Made by a program: the position numbers and the translations under genes. 64,000 nucleotides of DNA from Auanema rhodensis (lineage: Eukaryota > Animalia > Nematoda), in NCBI GenBank assembly GCA_964057225.1, contig OZ059897.1:12462001-12526000 (forward strand). Direction: 5' to 3'. Positions 1 to 13,116 of the stretch are shown piece after piece. A model generated the notes under the pieces. The model saw only the letters and a program-made list of their open reading frames with translations. It did not search any database and was not told the DNA's origin. Positions within the stretch are counted from its first letter, which is position 1. Every line of letters starts with the position of its first letter.

Positions 1-3000
1 AATACTATATGAGAGGAAAGGAGTTTGCAAATTTAGAATAACTTAGTGTTCTCCTTTTTTTAGTTTTCTTTCCTTTATTTCCTGAACTTTTTAAAATTCG
101 TAGCAGTAACTGAAATTTAAAATGTCTGCTTCAGAACAGACAAAGCGAGAAATTGGCAGAAGAAAGGCATCACAATTTTTGCTTTGACTGCTTGTGCGGC
201 TTGTCCTTAGATCTCTACGATGTTTTAGCTCATCGTAGGAAGCTTGTAGCCTGCTTAATCCAATAAATGACGATGGCCAGTCATTGTGTCAAAATATTCG
301 CCATGCCAGACATCGAAGAGAAAGAAATCTTGCGAAAATTAAATTTTGTTTCAGTAATCCAGTGGTATATTACCTTGCTGTTTTCAAAGTTTTCTCTATT
401 TTATTGTCTCAAAATCTCTCTCTCTCTCTTTTTATTTCTCTTCCCTATTCTCTGTTAAACTTGTAACTTAGGGATCCCATGCTGCACAGGATCCGTCCCC
501 TCGTGGGACTAAATCCACTCAACCAACAAGTTGTCTGAAACTAAATTGAAGTTAAATAGAATAAACAAATATCTGGAATAGCCTTTTAAACTCAGAAAAT
601 TGGAGGGAAACAAGAAGATTGGTCATTGTATGTATCAGTATTTTAGAATTTATCCCTCTTCTACCGTTTAAGATGAAATACTATTTGATGTAAATGTAAT
701 AATACAAAGTGATAAGAGAGATATATTGATAAATCTTAACTATATGTTATTTCAAAATGTGAAATGCCTATACTGGGTAGCAAATGAATGAAAATAGTGA
801 ACTACTCTTAAAGAAAGCTAATGAAACGTCCATCTTAAATAGCCAATAGACATTAAAAAAAAAGATTGTTTCTCCATTTGATTAGGTAGTTACTCTTTAG
901 AAATTTGCTTTACTTTTACTTTTCTTACTGACTTTCAGTTTGATCTTTTCCTTATTGGGGTATTAACCTCAATGCATCTGAGAGATAAAATAAGAGAAGA
1001 GAGAAAGGCTTTACTCTTCTCACCAAAGGCTGCATGGCGTTGTCCATAGCTTAGGGCTTTCGTGATTAAGACTAAAGAGAGAGAAACATTGTTAATTCCA
1101 ATAGTACGAGTTTCTGCTGAAGTTTTCAACTTCTTTTTTTGTTGAAAATATGTGAAAGGCATAATTACTAAATAGATAAATAGTAATTCTTTCTTGTTAC
1201 ATATACTATTGACAAATTTATAATATCATAACATAATATTATATAATTAACTTGATGTTTTGATGTTAATTGTTACTTATTTATTTAGTATCATATGTAA
1301 TATAACTATCTTGTTGACATGATGGTATATTATTCAGTTATAGAGCACTACACATCATATTCCTTTCTGATAATCTGACCAGCTCTTATGGTGTCATCGA
1401 GCATTATACATGCTTTCATTTGATTAGCTTCTCAATATTATGAATATTTTACTACATATATTAGTTATCTGTATATAAATTGAATGAGGTATATGTCTAT
1501 ACAAGTGCTAATGCATTACCTTCATCGATTTTTCTATCTATTAATGAATACTGGACTCTAGGTGAGAACATGTCAAATGGAACATGCAGGTGGGATAGGG
1601 GATTGAAAAGCATTGAGCACTAGCAAGTGCTTCAGTTACAACGAATAGGAAGGATTTTTATTACTTCGGATATACATATTTGGTCAATATACGGAAATAG
1701 AGAATATGAGATCTTTCTTATTAGTATGTTATACTGAGTATAAATTGTTAAATAACAAAGAATAATTCTTATTCAATTGTTGTTTTTTTTTTGATACAAA
1801 AAATAAAAAAAGATTATTAAAAATAAATATTGATAAAATAAATATCTAATTTATTCAATACAAAAACATTCCGTGAGCATTAAATAGCCTAATTATCTGA
1901 ATTGGAAATAAACTTTATATATCCAAGCTCGCGTGATTTGTTCCTCTTTAAATATTCCTTTAATGTTACAACATCTACACAAACTGCTGAAAATTTTGTT
2001 TCAATTTCAAAATGAAAACAAGAAAATTTACTTTCCTTTCTTTTCACAAAAACTATTACAAAACAATGGTTCAATATAATTATAGTTTTAAACTATTTGA
2101 AATTTCATTTTAAAAAACTTAAGTTATGATTATTCTTAAACATAAGTTGTCGATGATTATTACATACTTATATACATATAAGCTTATTTTTGAAACAAAG
2201 CTAAAAGATGCATCTACATCACACACACACAATATCCAAGCAGTTTGTCATCCATAATTCGACTGTGTCGACATCAATCGGACTAGAGTATCTGACTAAA
2301 AATTGCTCCCAAAAGACTTTGAAACATTGAAATACACTCAATTGACAAATGGTTTCTATATCAATCCTATGTATACAAATATTGTATGGCAGATTAGGGA
2401 CGTATGAGATGGATTAACTAATTTTTAATGCAAGTATGGAACATCTTTTTCTCAAAACCTTGTTTGAACACAATTTTGGAAGTATCGACGTTTTGAATAA
2501 TTATTCGATTAAGTTCATTAAATGTAGTTGAATTTAACTATGCATAATAGTGTCTTATGAAATTTAAAATAAAGCTAATTTAGTGGGAAATTTACGTGAA
2601 GTAAGAGTTATATATGTTTACGTCATCAGTATATTTTACAATATAACTTGTATTAATGATATGATTTTTACTAAATAAGATATCAAAAACTTAATTCTTT
2701 AAAAATAGGAATTCTATGTGTTGTATTGTTTCATTAGAAGTATTTACGTGCTGAAACATACGGAACGTTCATGACCTTATTAATACATATCTTGCCGTTA
2801 CCATCTCATCTGTATCTAATTACGGAGCTCTTGAGCATAATGAGATCCTCCACAATTCTCTCTTCTTATAGCTTTATTTGAGAAAGATAATTACATATTT
2901 GGTATTTCTCAAGTAATTCCTTTCCTTCTCTATTCTTCTACATCTTTCTCTACTCAATCTGATCCAACCTCTCACTAACCGACTTTATTCAGTTTAATCT

Positions 3001-3158
3001 GGTAATGATTACTTGACTGAAAGAAATAAAATAAGGGATCAGAAATAGAACAAGTGAATCCTATGTGAATTAAAAAAGAAAAGTATTCAAGTTAATCATA
3101 AAAATAATTATCAATTCAAATATTTGTTTCAATTTTCTTCTAATTCTTGATATTTCAG

Positions 3159-3874
3159 GATCATGTGCACAAGAATCTATTCTCTGTGAGCAGTTATGCT
3201 TAACAATCTCACCAGAAACTTACGAATGTGGTTGTTGGAATGACCATCATCTACTGTCTGATGGCATATCATGCAAATGTATTTTTAAATTGTTTTTTAA
3301 ACATTTTTTATGTTTTTGTTTTGTTTTTTTCAGTAAATACTTCAGCTGCTGAAATAATTACCAGAAGCTCTCGTCGTCTGGATAAGAATGTTGCCAAAGG
3401 TTTACCACGCGGACGACCTCTAGCTTTTCATGGAGGTAACTTTGCGCAATATCCTGTTATTGAATCAACATACTTGGAAACTAATATAACAATAGAGTTT
3501 AAGTAAGAATAATTACAAATTTTCTTTTTAATTAAAAATTTGGATTAATTTAGAATAACAGAACAAAAAGACGGAATATTATTTTTTGCTGGACAATTTA
3601 AAGGAGACGACTTTTTGTCATTAACAATTGTAGGACCAAACTTAGTTTTCAGGTAATTATAGCACATTTTTTGAAATTTAAAAAAAATATTTATTTCATA
3701 ATAATTTGTTTTTAGACATGATTGTGGAGAAGGTACTATTGAAGATGTTTATCGAGGCCCGTTTGCACCAGCAGAATGGCATAACTTAACTGTTTGGAGA
3801 AGGTAGGAATATATAATTTCTAAATAATTAAAATAATTATTTTTTTTATTTGTATAGAAATAATTACTCACAAT

Positions 3875-3906
<32 letters not shown>

Positions 3907-6900
3907 TCATACATTGTTATCTTTATAGAAATTGTGATAGAACTGAAATGCGTGCAGATCGAAAGACACGAATGTTAGATCTTACTGAACAGTTTAAAGT
4001 CTGTTTTGTCAATTTGTCTTAAAATTTTTGAAATGTTCTTTTAAGTTTTATAAAGGAATATCTATGGATAAGGGAATGTACGTGGGTGGGGTTCCTAACT
4101 ATATTGAAAACTTGGAGGACAAGACTGGAATGAAAAATGGATTCATTGGATGCATTCGAAAAGTATATATTTTTAAATTTTATCTAGAATCCACAAATGA
4201 AATTTCAGTTAATCATAAACGGAGAGCTGATGCTTAGTTCGTCTGATCGTATTAATAAAGTTATGAATCCTTCTGAATTATGTAAGTTATCACTACATCC
4301 TTCCCTGGCTATGTTAATGTTAATCCTATTTCAGTATATTGCGGTGTCAATCCTCATTCAATAGATGATCTCGATGAAGATTCTGTTGAAATTGATGAAT
4401 ATAACATTCCAACTGGAACTGAGCCTCCAAAAAGTATGTTCAGTTTAATTTTTTCGACAAAAGTTGTTTGTTCTCAAAAAAAAAAACATTTACAAGTGTA
4501 AAATTTAGTTATCTCTCCCTCCCAAGAAAGCTCGCTAAATCCTGTTAAAAGTTCTTAGATGAAACGAATTTTAGGACAAAGAAAAGTCTATTTTACGTAG
4601 ACTTTTTTTTATTTTACCTAATTTTTCTTTTCAAAATACTTGATGAAACAGATTAAATAGTTAGTTTCATAAAAAAATTGTGAATACTTTACGGAATTTC
4701 CATAAGCTGTAGGAAATATTTTATTATAGATATACATATATATACGTAAACTGGAAAATGAAATTACATTTTTGAAAGAATTTCCTTTTCGGAAATTAAG
4801 ATCTTCTCAACGATTATCGATAAATGATTTTATTTTTAAAATTTATTGGCATACTTGACGTATTATATTGCTCTTCCTGTCTCTGTTGACGGATTTTAGC
4901 CTTAATAGCGAAGGTTTTTAGCAAAATAGCTGAGCCAAGGGCGGAGTCAAGCTTTTGAGTCTGTTCTCTTTGCGTCCCTTTATTTCATTCAACTTGCCAT
5001 CTTTGCTTACTTCCTCTGTTGTCACAAAGACAAGTCCTCTAGCTCCTAGTGGAGCATAGGAGATAACAGCATGTCCTCAATTTTAAAATTGGCTATATTC
5101 TTAACTATATTAACTAATATTAACTGTATAAACTATGGATTCTCTGGAATGTTTATTGAAAATCTTGTCTCAGAACGTGTACTTGCGGAAGTCAACCGTC
5201 GAGCGGTCAAAGAAGTTGTGACTACTACAACTACTACAACCACAACGACAACACCTACAACTACGGCTCCCCCACTTAAACCTACCGATATCTTTGCATC
5301 AGAGACCAAATCCGTGCTTGAGCTGCTTCACGATCAAAGAGCAGGTATGAGACTTATAAAAATTATTTTATAACAGCAACTAAGCTTGCATACATACATT
5401 TGCATATATTCATAGCTTTTTTATAATATGTTATTATATTTCTTATAGTTTAAATATATTCTAGAACTTATATTATTCATCATTTCGAATGTTTCTGCAA
5501 AAAAAAGTTATATTGATGTAATTTGAACATTCATTATAAAAAAATTATTTTGCTATATCAGTTTTTTATTTCCTTTTTTTAACGATTTTATTGATTAAAA
5601 AATGGAATTAAAGAGAAGAAATAACTTTTTTTTCGTTCTCAGGATCAACAATCAGCATTCTCGTTTAGGCCTTTCGCCTTTCTAGCATTATACTTATAAA
5701 AAGCCAATCTAAATCTTTCCCTCTTATGCCCTCTGGATAAAAATGAATATGATTTTCACATCTCTTCACATAATTGGCATTTTACTTAATATTTTCTCAT
5801 TTTTCTTGCTTAGTTGTGCTACCATAAACTCCAACTAAACTTATTTATCTTTGTTACAGATCTCGTTCATGTTCTACCGCCTGATCTCGAGCATGAATAT
5901 AGTAACGAGCTTAAAGCTCCCACGTTACCTATTATTGAATCAGCAGAATTTTCTGGACGATCATGGATACGACAGAAAGCAAATTGGGATGTACTGGATC
6001 GTGTTGAGCTTGTTCTACATTTCCGATCCACCATGGAGTCAGGAATACTCTTCTATTGGAGTTCGGGGATCAAATATATGATTGTTTATCTCCAAAAAGG
6101 CTATGTAAATATGCAGATCAGCATGGGTGATGATAGTATCCTACTGAGGTAATAATTTTCCAAATTAAAACAAACTATTTAAAAGAATTAATAATATTTT
6201 TACGGAAAAATAGTTTCTTGCTATTGTTTGAATAATGTTGAAATTTTAAAAGTTGTCAACTTTTTGCCCTTAGGGGAATTTTCTTTTATATTTGCCTGAA
6301 TGTTACATAAAGGACAAATTCTTGTGAACTTCTTATTTTAGAAATACATGTGTATATACAAATATATATTTTTAAATATGTATATATGTGTATTTATATA
6401 GAAATCGAATAAGAACTGAGTTCACTGCAAAAATAAATTTTCCTGATTTAGCAGGAGTTCCTAATTTAAATTGAAGACAATTACTCCTAAAAACCATGAT
6501 AAATGTTCTATTAAAAAAAAGAAAATGTGTAAACAAAAGTATTCTTAATATGTTTTCCGTAAAAAAGAGTTCTTAACCTTACTTCATGGCTTGTCAATAA
6601 CAAACCTTTTCAAATGTAATTGAGTTTTCACAATTTTCTTATGCAATATGTATTTATATAAATGTATATGGACATAAGATCTACTTTATTAAAATCAGAT
6701 TTTTGCTAAAAAAAAATATTTTCCATTGAGAATGTGATTCAAGTAAGCTTTTTCAGATCTGAATCAACTGTTAACTTAAATCAATGGCATAAAGCTGAAA
6801 TTTGGCGAACTGGAAAAGGAGTTCTTATGAAAGTTCGTTCAACAAAATCAAATTATTGGTTCTCCTAAAAGTGAACTGAGTATCCAATTTGCAGGTTGGA

Positions 6901-8414
6901 AGACAATCATGGGTTGAATCTGAACTAAAATCTTTGGGGACCGCTTCAACGGAGCCAGGATGGATTCAACTTGCCGGTACAGACGAACTAACACCATTAC
7001 CTGGAACCAATAAGCATCTGTCTTTCTTCCATGGCTGTATGAAACGTGTAAGTTTGTTGTGAAATCTGATCCAATAGTGTTAAATATATATTTTTCAGAT
7101 TCATTTGAATGGTAGATCTATACATCTCCATGCTGTAAATGGAATTCGGGAATGTGGAACGGACCCATGTGCATCAGCTAAATGCCCACAAACATGCTCA
7201 GTTTCTAATAACCAAGCTGTTTGTCTATGTCACTGGCCGTTCGGAGGACCAGAATGCAAAGAAAGTATGTAACTATACATTGCCTAGGGTAGTTCTACAA
7301 ACGTATTTCAAATTTAGGAACAAACGAAGCCTTAACAGCGATGAATTTCAATGGACATTCATATTTGGAACTAAATAATGAAAAGATCATGAATCAGTAT
7401 GAAAATTATAATAATATTTGATAAAACTTGTTTTTTTTTCAGAATTACGGGTGATTGGTTAAGACTAACAATTGATTTCCGTTTGGATAACATCACTTAT
7501 TCTGATGAAGGACAATCTGCTCAGGTAAAACAGTTTTAATTAATGTAAAATCTACTCAATATTCGATAACTATAACAACTGATATTTCACTGTTCATAAC
7601 ACAAATCAAAGATCGAATTTACTTTCATTGGTACATACTTGCCATGAATCATATATCATGTTTTTACATCAAAGTTACTTTTTCGAAGTAAAAAGACAAA
7701 GAATACAATGAGGTATTTGTATCAACGATCATTTTCAACCATTTTTTTTCATTAATCCGTATAAGTATATTAGAGAAAGCCAGAGAAAACATGAAACATT
7801 ACTTATATGTTTATAACGGTTTAAACAAAGGTCTATTCATCTGGTGTTTTTCATAGTATGTAACTTCAGATTCTTGCCTACGCAGGTGAAGACCCTTCAA
7901 AAGGTGATTTCTTCAAATTAACTGTTGTTCCGAATTCTATGGTTCAGGTATGAAAATTTTAACATTATTGGTTTTCATAATGAAATTTTCAGTTTGTCGC
8001 CAATTTGGGATCTGGTCTAGTTGAACTAACGCATCCTACTACAGTGCATCCGGAGAGATGGAACTCTGTGTCTGTATTAAGGTGCGATCGGATAATTGAT
8101 TTCTTCAAACATTTTATGATATTTCAGAGAGCGCCGGCATATAACACTGTCCCTTAATGGTGAGAGTCCAATTACAACTATGGCTCCAGAAGGATCTGAA
8201 CAATTAAATGTATACAATTCACTATTTATCGGTATGTTTCTACAGAATAATTACATATATCATATCAACATATTGTCCAGGATCACATCCATCTAACTTC
8301 ACAATGGGAATGGGTTTACGTGGTTGTATTGAAACTATAGAAATTGGTTCAGTTAGTATCTTCCACCCATCTGAAGCTCATCAAGCCATTAACATTCGTG
8401 ATTGCGCTCTGTGA
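3159..8414 (+). CDS. Multi-exon extracellular EGF + 3x laminin-G domain protein (pikachurin/EGFLAM- or agrin-C-terminus-like architecture); 5' end unresolved
   Basis: Phase-consistent GT-AG exons from 3159 encode an EGF domain (SCAQESILCEQLCLTISPETYECGCWNDHHLLSDGISCK), LamG1 (GILFFAG..DDFLSL..EWHNLTVWR..MYVGGVP..GFIGCIR), a Thr-rich linker (5221-5265), LamG2 (FSGRSW..LHFRSTMESGILFYW..FFHGCMK), a second EGF (CGTDPCASAKCPQTC..CLCHWPFGGPEC) and LamG3 ending GLRGCIE..INIRDCAL*, TGA 8412-8414. Confidence 0.85.
5071..5344 (+). CDS. Putative alternative first exon of the LamG gene with its own signal peptide
   Basis: ATG 5071 opens MSSILKLAIFLTILTNINCINYG.., in frame with the internal exon whose acceptor (gtctcag) is at 5173/5174. 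A GGGCGG box lies near 4940. Confidence 0.6.
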
Positions 8415-9575
8415 GCATACATTACCCATTCATTTTTTTTTCGAAATATACGGAGCTAATCTCTTGTATTTCCCACAAGATGCCTTCTACCAAAGAAAAT
8501 TTCAATATATCTGTATTTTTATTTTCTTTTATGCATATTAAGAAAAAAACGATGCAATGGTTAGAACAGATAGTTATGTTATGTGCTAGCTGTTTCTATA
8601 TTTTTCTCGATTTAACGTAAATTTTGTACATAATTTCATATTGACCGGTATTTAAATCCTATTTTTATCTCCTGCAATGTAATAATCTTAATTAGATTAG
8701 AACGTTTATCATAATAAATATAATTTGTTTTATTTATGAATATCTGAATATCTTTTAAAATTATCATTTCAATGTTGACATGTTAAGCAAATTAAGATCA
8801 CGTGAAAATAACACGTGATAATCATTTTCAATCAATAGATTGCGTCAAACGGTTGCATTATTTGAATTAAAACAATAAAAAATGCTGACAACTTTCATAA
8901 GATATTGCGTATAAATAGTTAATAGAAATTGTTCAGCATTCTTCTACATACACAACGCATAATATCCTCATATTTATATCAATCAAATTAAAAAGATGAC
9001 AAGAAAATAGCTTCTATAAGAAGCAGATGTCTTATACCTGTAAATTACATAAAGAAACTAAGAACTCAGTCAACATAAAAACTAATTAACGCTTGTAAGC
9101 TCTTTTTCATATACCAATTGCCAAAGTTATGAGTGTTTATGAAGCACGCAAGCTCTAGAAATCATCTGCTTTATTATTGACACATCATATGTTTGTTTGT
9201 ATAGTATTGGCAGATTGCGTGAATATCACATCTGGCTTTTTGCTAATGACCGAAAAACCGCTCAGCTGATTGCCATAATAGTCTTGGCATTCTCCACAGG
9301 TAAACCAGTCAGTTTACATTTCTTTTCAGGTCATGATGATGACGATTATTTCAAAACTAAAACTGGTAGCTAAATTTCAGCTAACCGATCATATATATTA
9401 ATTTATTAGAGACATCAAAAGCCATCTAATTGGTTTCAATCTTTTTTTTAACTAATATAAGCTAAAATGAGTAATAAGTATTCTTTTTTTAGTACTTATC
9501 TTGTCATCAATCATTTTTTTCAAATGTCTATAGCTCTCACTTCCATTTCATACACTTTAAAATTATTTTTTCAGT

Positions 9576-10082
9576 ATGCTATTTATCTACTTCTTCTGCG
9601 TCATAATTACTACAGCTAGAATCATTCAAAACCGAGATCCAAAGGTTTCTTTTTCTCATATTCTTTACTTGATCTTACTTGTATCGCAGATTGATCCAGT
9701 GTTTTTTGATAATGTTATATCTCAAATAGTTGAAACATCTATGGATGATATGAGATATCGGCTACGACAAGCAATATATTCTGTAGCCATAAAACGAGTA
9801 TGTTTTGAACTTATATATTATCTTATCGTTCTAATTTTAATATAGAGTAGCGGAATAAATTCCCCGATCAATAACAATTCATCATTATCAAATACAAAAT
9901 TAGGAGATTATGAGGAATGGCTATTAGATCAGTTCATCAACCAAATTTCGCGGCGAAAAGTTAATGGTATGTTTTACTTACAACTGTCCTGAATATAATT
10001 ATATAACTGATGCTTGAAATTATCGATGTTCTTAATTCATTGGTTTGATAAGAATGTCCCCAAAAGCATTTGTAGTCGATTG

Positions 10083-10150
<68 letters not shown>

Positions 10151-11036
10151 ACATAAGAGAACATTGATGAAGGTCATAATAGTCTGTCTGCACTGTCTAT
10201 GACTGATTCTCTTCTAGGTTGCACTTTCTGTTTCCAATCAATCTTAATCTGTCTGACACCACTAGAATCTATTCCCTTATAATATCCATACTATTCACCC
10301 GATAGAAAAGTCACTTTTATATATTTAACATTTTAAACACAAGACATGAAAATGTAATGTGGAACATGGGTGCTTTGAACTAGATTAATTAACGCTATAG
10401 ATTCTTCAGATACTCCGCAGTTATCTGAAATAAATCCGGATGAAAAGGAAAACGATAAGGAAAAGGAGTTCAAAATATCGCAGCGAGATTCTCCCATAAG
10501 TTCGTCACATACTATGAGTATAGCATTAGAAACATTCACCAATAAACCAATAAAATCTGATATGAATGGACTAATCACAAGTGCTGATGAGACATCGCCA
10601 CTGTTCTTGAATGATGCTGAATCAGATTTACAATCTCCCCATTCTCTGAAGGTTGATCACTTTAGTTTTAGAACACCAATTCGAATTTTATTTCAGACAC
10701 CTCAGGGATATCTACCATCCTGGTTATTACTGCTTACAGCTGGTTCAATCATTATTCTTAGTATACTTCTACTCTTAACAACGATTATCATATGTAGAAG
10801 AAAACGATTTAAAATGGAAACCATTGCTCATCGTATTCCAAATCCTGTCCACATATCATGTAAATTCACGTTTTCAAAACTCGCTGATTTAAATTTTTGC
10901 AGCTTTTGGTGCGCCTGATAGAAATAATACTCCAGGAAGTTTTATAGAGAGAATGCATGATCACAGGCTGATTTATACAGATAGGGACTGTGAAAGCGTT
11001 TGGGGAAATACCCAAGCATTAAGAACAATTTCATGA
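9576..11036 (+). CDS. Uncharacterised type I single-pass membrane protein (6 exons)
   Basis: TTTTTCAG directly precedes the ATG. The protein has a signal peptide (MLFIYFFCVIITTA), a Ser/acidic ectodomain, a TM segment WLLLLTAGSIIILSILLLLTTIIIC followed by RRKR, and a short tail ending ..SVWGNTQALRTIS* (TGA 11034-11036). Exon phases are consistent. Confidence 0.7.
10095..10144. repeat. (AT)n microsatellite, intronic; similar tracts at about 3881-3906, 35020-35052 and 38415-38530
   Basis: Directly visible dinucleotide runs. Confidence 0.9.
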
Positions 11037-11214
11037 ACCATGTATTCTACTTTTCCATTCTGATCTCATTTATTTTATTGAATAAAACAAAAAATATTAA
11101 AAAAAAACATAAAGCGAAATGTTAATAGCAGACTTAAGTTTGAAAGTTCCCGTAATGAAAATGAGCAATGACTGAAGTGATTTTTAAAAATAAATATGAA
11201 AAAAAAATAGAAGG

Positions 11215-12887
11215 TCAGTTTTTCAACCATCTATTCACGAAGCCGATGTCACAAGATGACTCTTTTGTATAGTGCTGGTATATGTTTTTAATCTGAAAAA
11301 TATTTTAATGTTTAGTTCAGAAAAATAGACTCACAATGTGGTCATCTGTTGTACTATTTGTATCCCAGAGTTTTTCACAAAGTTTGCAGTAACCATTTCG
11401 ATACCCAGGACTATTCCATGGAGCTAACGTCCAATCACCATTACGCCATTCGAAGTATTCCATGAAGGCAGTTCTATAATCATATATATAATGAGGAATT
11501 TACAAAGACATGTATCATTAAACCTGTTACGTTGCAAATAATTAAGATATTTTCCCATTTCTTCAACGTTTTTGAAATCACTAACGGCTATGAAGGATTT
11601 AGGTGGAGCGTTTCTAAAAATATTCTTCAATCATAAAGTATTAAATAAATAGTCCAACAAATTTTCATACGCCCATCGTTGCATAACTATCGGAATAGAC
11701 ACATATCTAATTCTATCCCAATACTTTTCTGTTACGTAGTCTTTACAATCCTAGAAAACATGATAAGAATGTCTTTGATAGGATAAATTCTTACAGAGTT
11801 TTCCATGGCTATATAAAAAGGATATTCTTCATATATATCCTGACAATTCTTCCCATGCGGACAAATATTAGCATATTCTGGTTTATTCGCACATTTTCCA
11901 CCAATAGTTACATCAATATGTCTAAAAAAGCTCTTAGTTATGAAATTAGAACTATTAATAATACTCACTCGTTTAAAGCCTGGAAAAGCTTTTCACGTTT
12001 ATTCGCTGTATTGCAATTGGAAATAAGACCAAAAACGCCCTTTTTAGGTTTGTCTAATTTGTTGAGATCAAAATGAAAACTCTAAACATTTTAAAATAAA
12101 AAGGACAATATAAGCAGCAATACCTCTATCCGGAATCCTCTTTTTTCAGCTTCCGCTGTAGTTATCCAAAATGAGCCATATTTGAACACGACATCCGATG
12201 ATAGCAAAGGAGTTGCCAACCAATTAAAGAAGTTTTCTGAATTGTCAGCTTGTACAACAAAAAAAACCGTAAACGCTAGTGTACCTGGTAAACTTTTAAT
12301 TTCATTCGGCACGGAATATAAACCACTATTCTCAGGTGTTTCCATAGACATATATACATATCTTTGAGATCTAAAAATTAAACTTAATTCTAATATTTAT
12401 CGAAAAAGACGAACGCGTTTCTTTGTTGCTGATCAGGGAATGGTCTACTAGTTATGTCTTTGCTATGAAAAACAACTGCATCTGCATTTGCAATCAGGCT
12501 TGGATCAGTATCAACAATACAGCGATCCTTAAATGATGTAAATGAAATACAAAATTGTGTAAATGTCACTCACAATGAAATCTTTACAATCATCTAAAAC
12601 ACCCGTAGGGTATGACCCAAAAATTGGTGTCCAAAGTAAAATTCGTTTAGGAGCTAGATTCGGAAAACGATATTCAATTCTGCAACAGGAACAACAAATG
12701 CTGACAACGCAAGCTGACGGTTTTACCTATCCTTAGAAACTGTCAAGTACAAATGCTTTTGCCGTCTACGGAGATGTTCATGATTACCATCATCGTAGGC
12801 AATAATACGATAAAAAGCATAGAAAACAAATAAAGCTATAAAGAAAGTAAGAACATTTCTGTAGAAGACTGCTGGACGAATTTTCAT
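11215..12887 (-). CDS. Alpha-1,3-fucosyltransferase (GT10), nematode fut-3/fut-4-like
   Basis: Type II TM N-terminus [26 protein letters not shown], then [38 protein letters not shown], the GT10 motif [39 protein letters not shown], ending ..VNRWLKN*. The exact paralogue is uncertain. Confidence 0.9.
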
Positions 12888-13116
12888 GATTATTCGCAAT
12901 TATCTCATAACTATCTGAAAGATAACGCTGCTACTTTCATATGCATTTCCAGTGTATGATATTTATGGCAGAAACCAAGGAGTATAAAAACTATAAAACA
13001 AATTATTTAACATTTATTGGCGCTAGTATCGAGACTCTGTATTTTCGAGTAAAAAAATGCATGCGCTCTAATGATAATTTGATTGGGGGAGTGGGCAAAA
13101 CGATACCAGCTCCCAT

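Noticed and set aside
1440-3001. Candidate first exons for the LamG gene (donors at about 1562, 2402, 2902 and 3002)
   Set aside because: No ATG-initiated, signal-peptide-bearing, phase-consistent chain could be built, so the 5' end is left unresolved.
9204-9299. Exon-like segment with a strong donor upstream of the membrane-protein gene
   Set aside because: Splicing its open frame to 9575 reaches a stop within 11 codons, so it is at most a UTR exon.
9961-10202. YIYIYI-type ORFs (also at about 29650-30500, 38344-38544 and 45295-45507)
   Set aside because: Translations of (AT)n microsatellites and AT-rich intronic or intergenic DNA.
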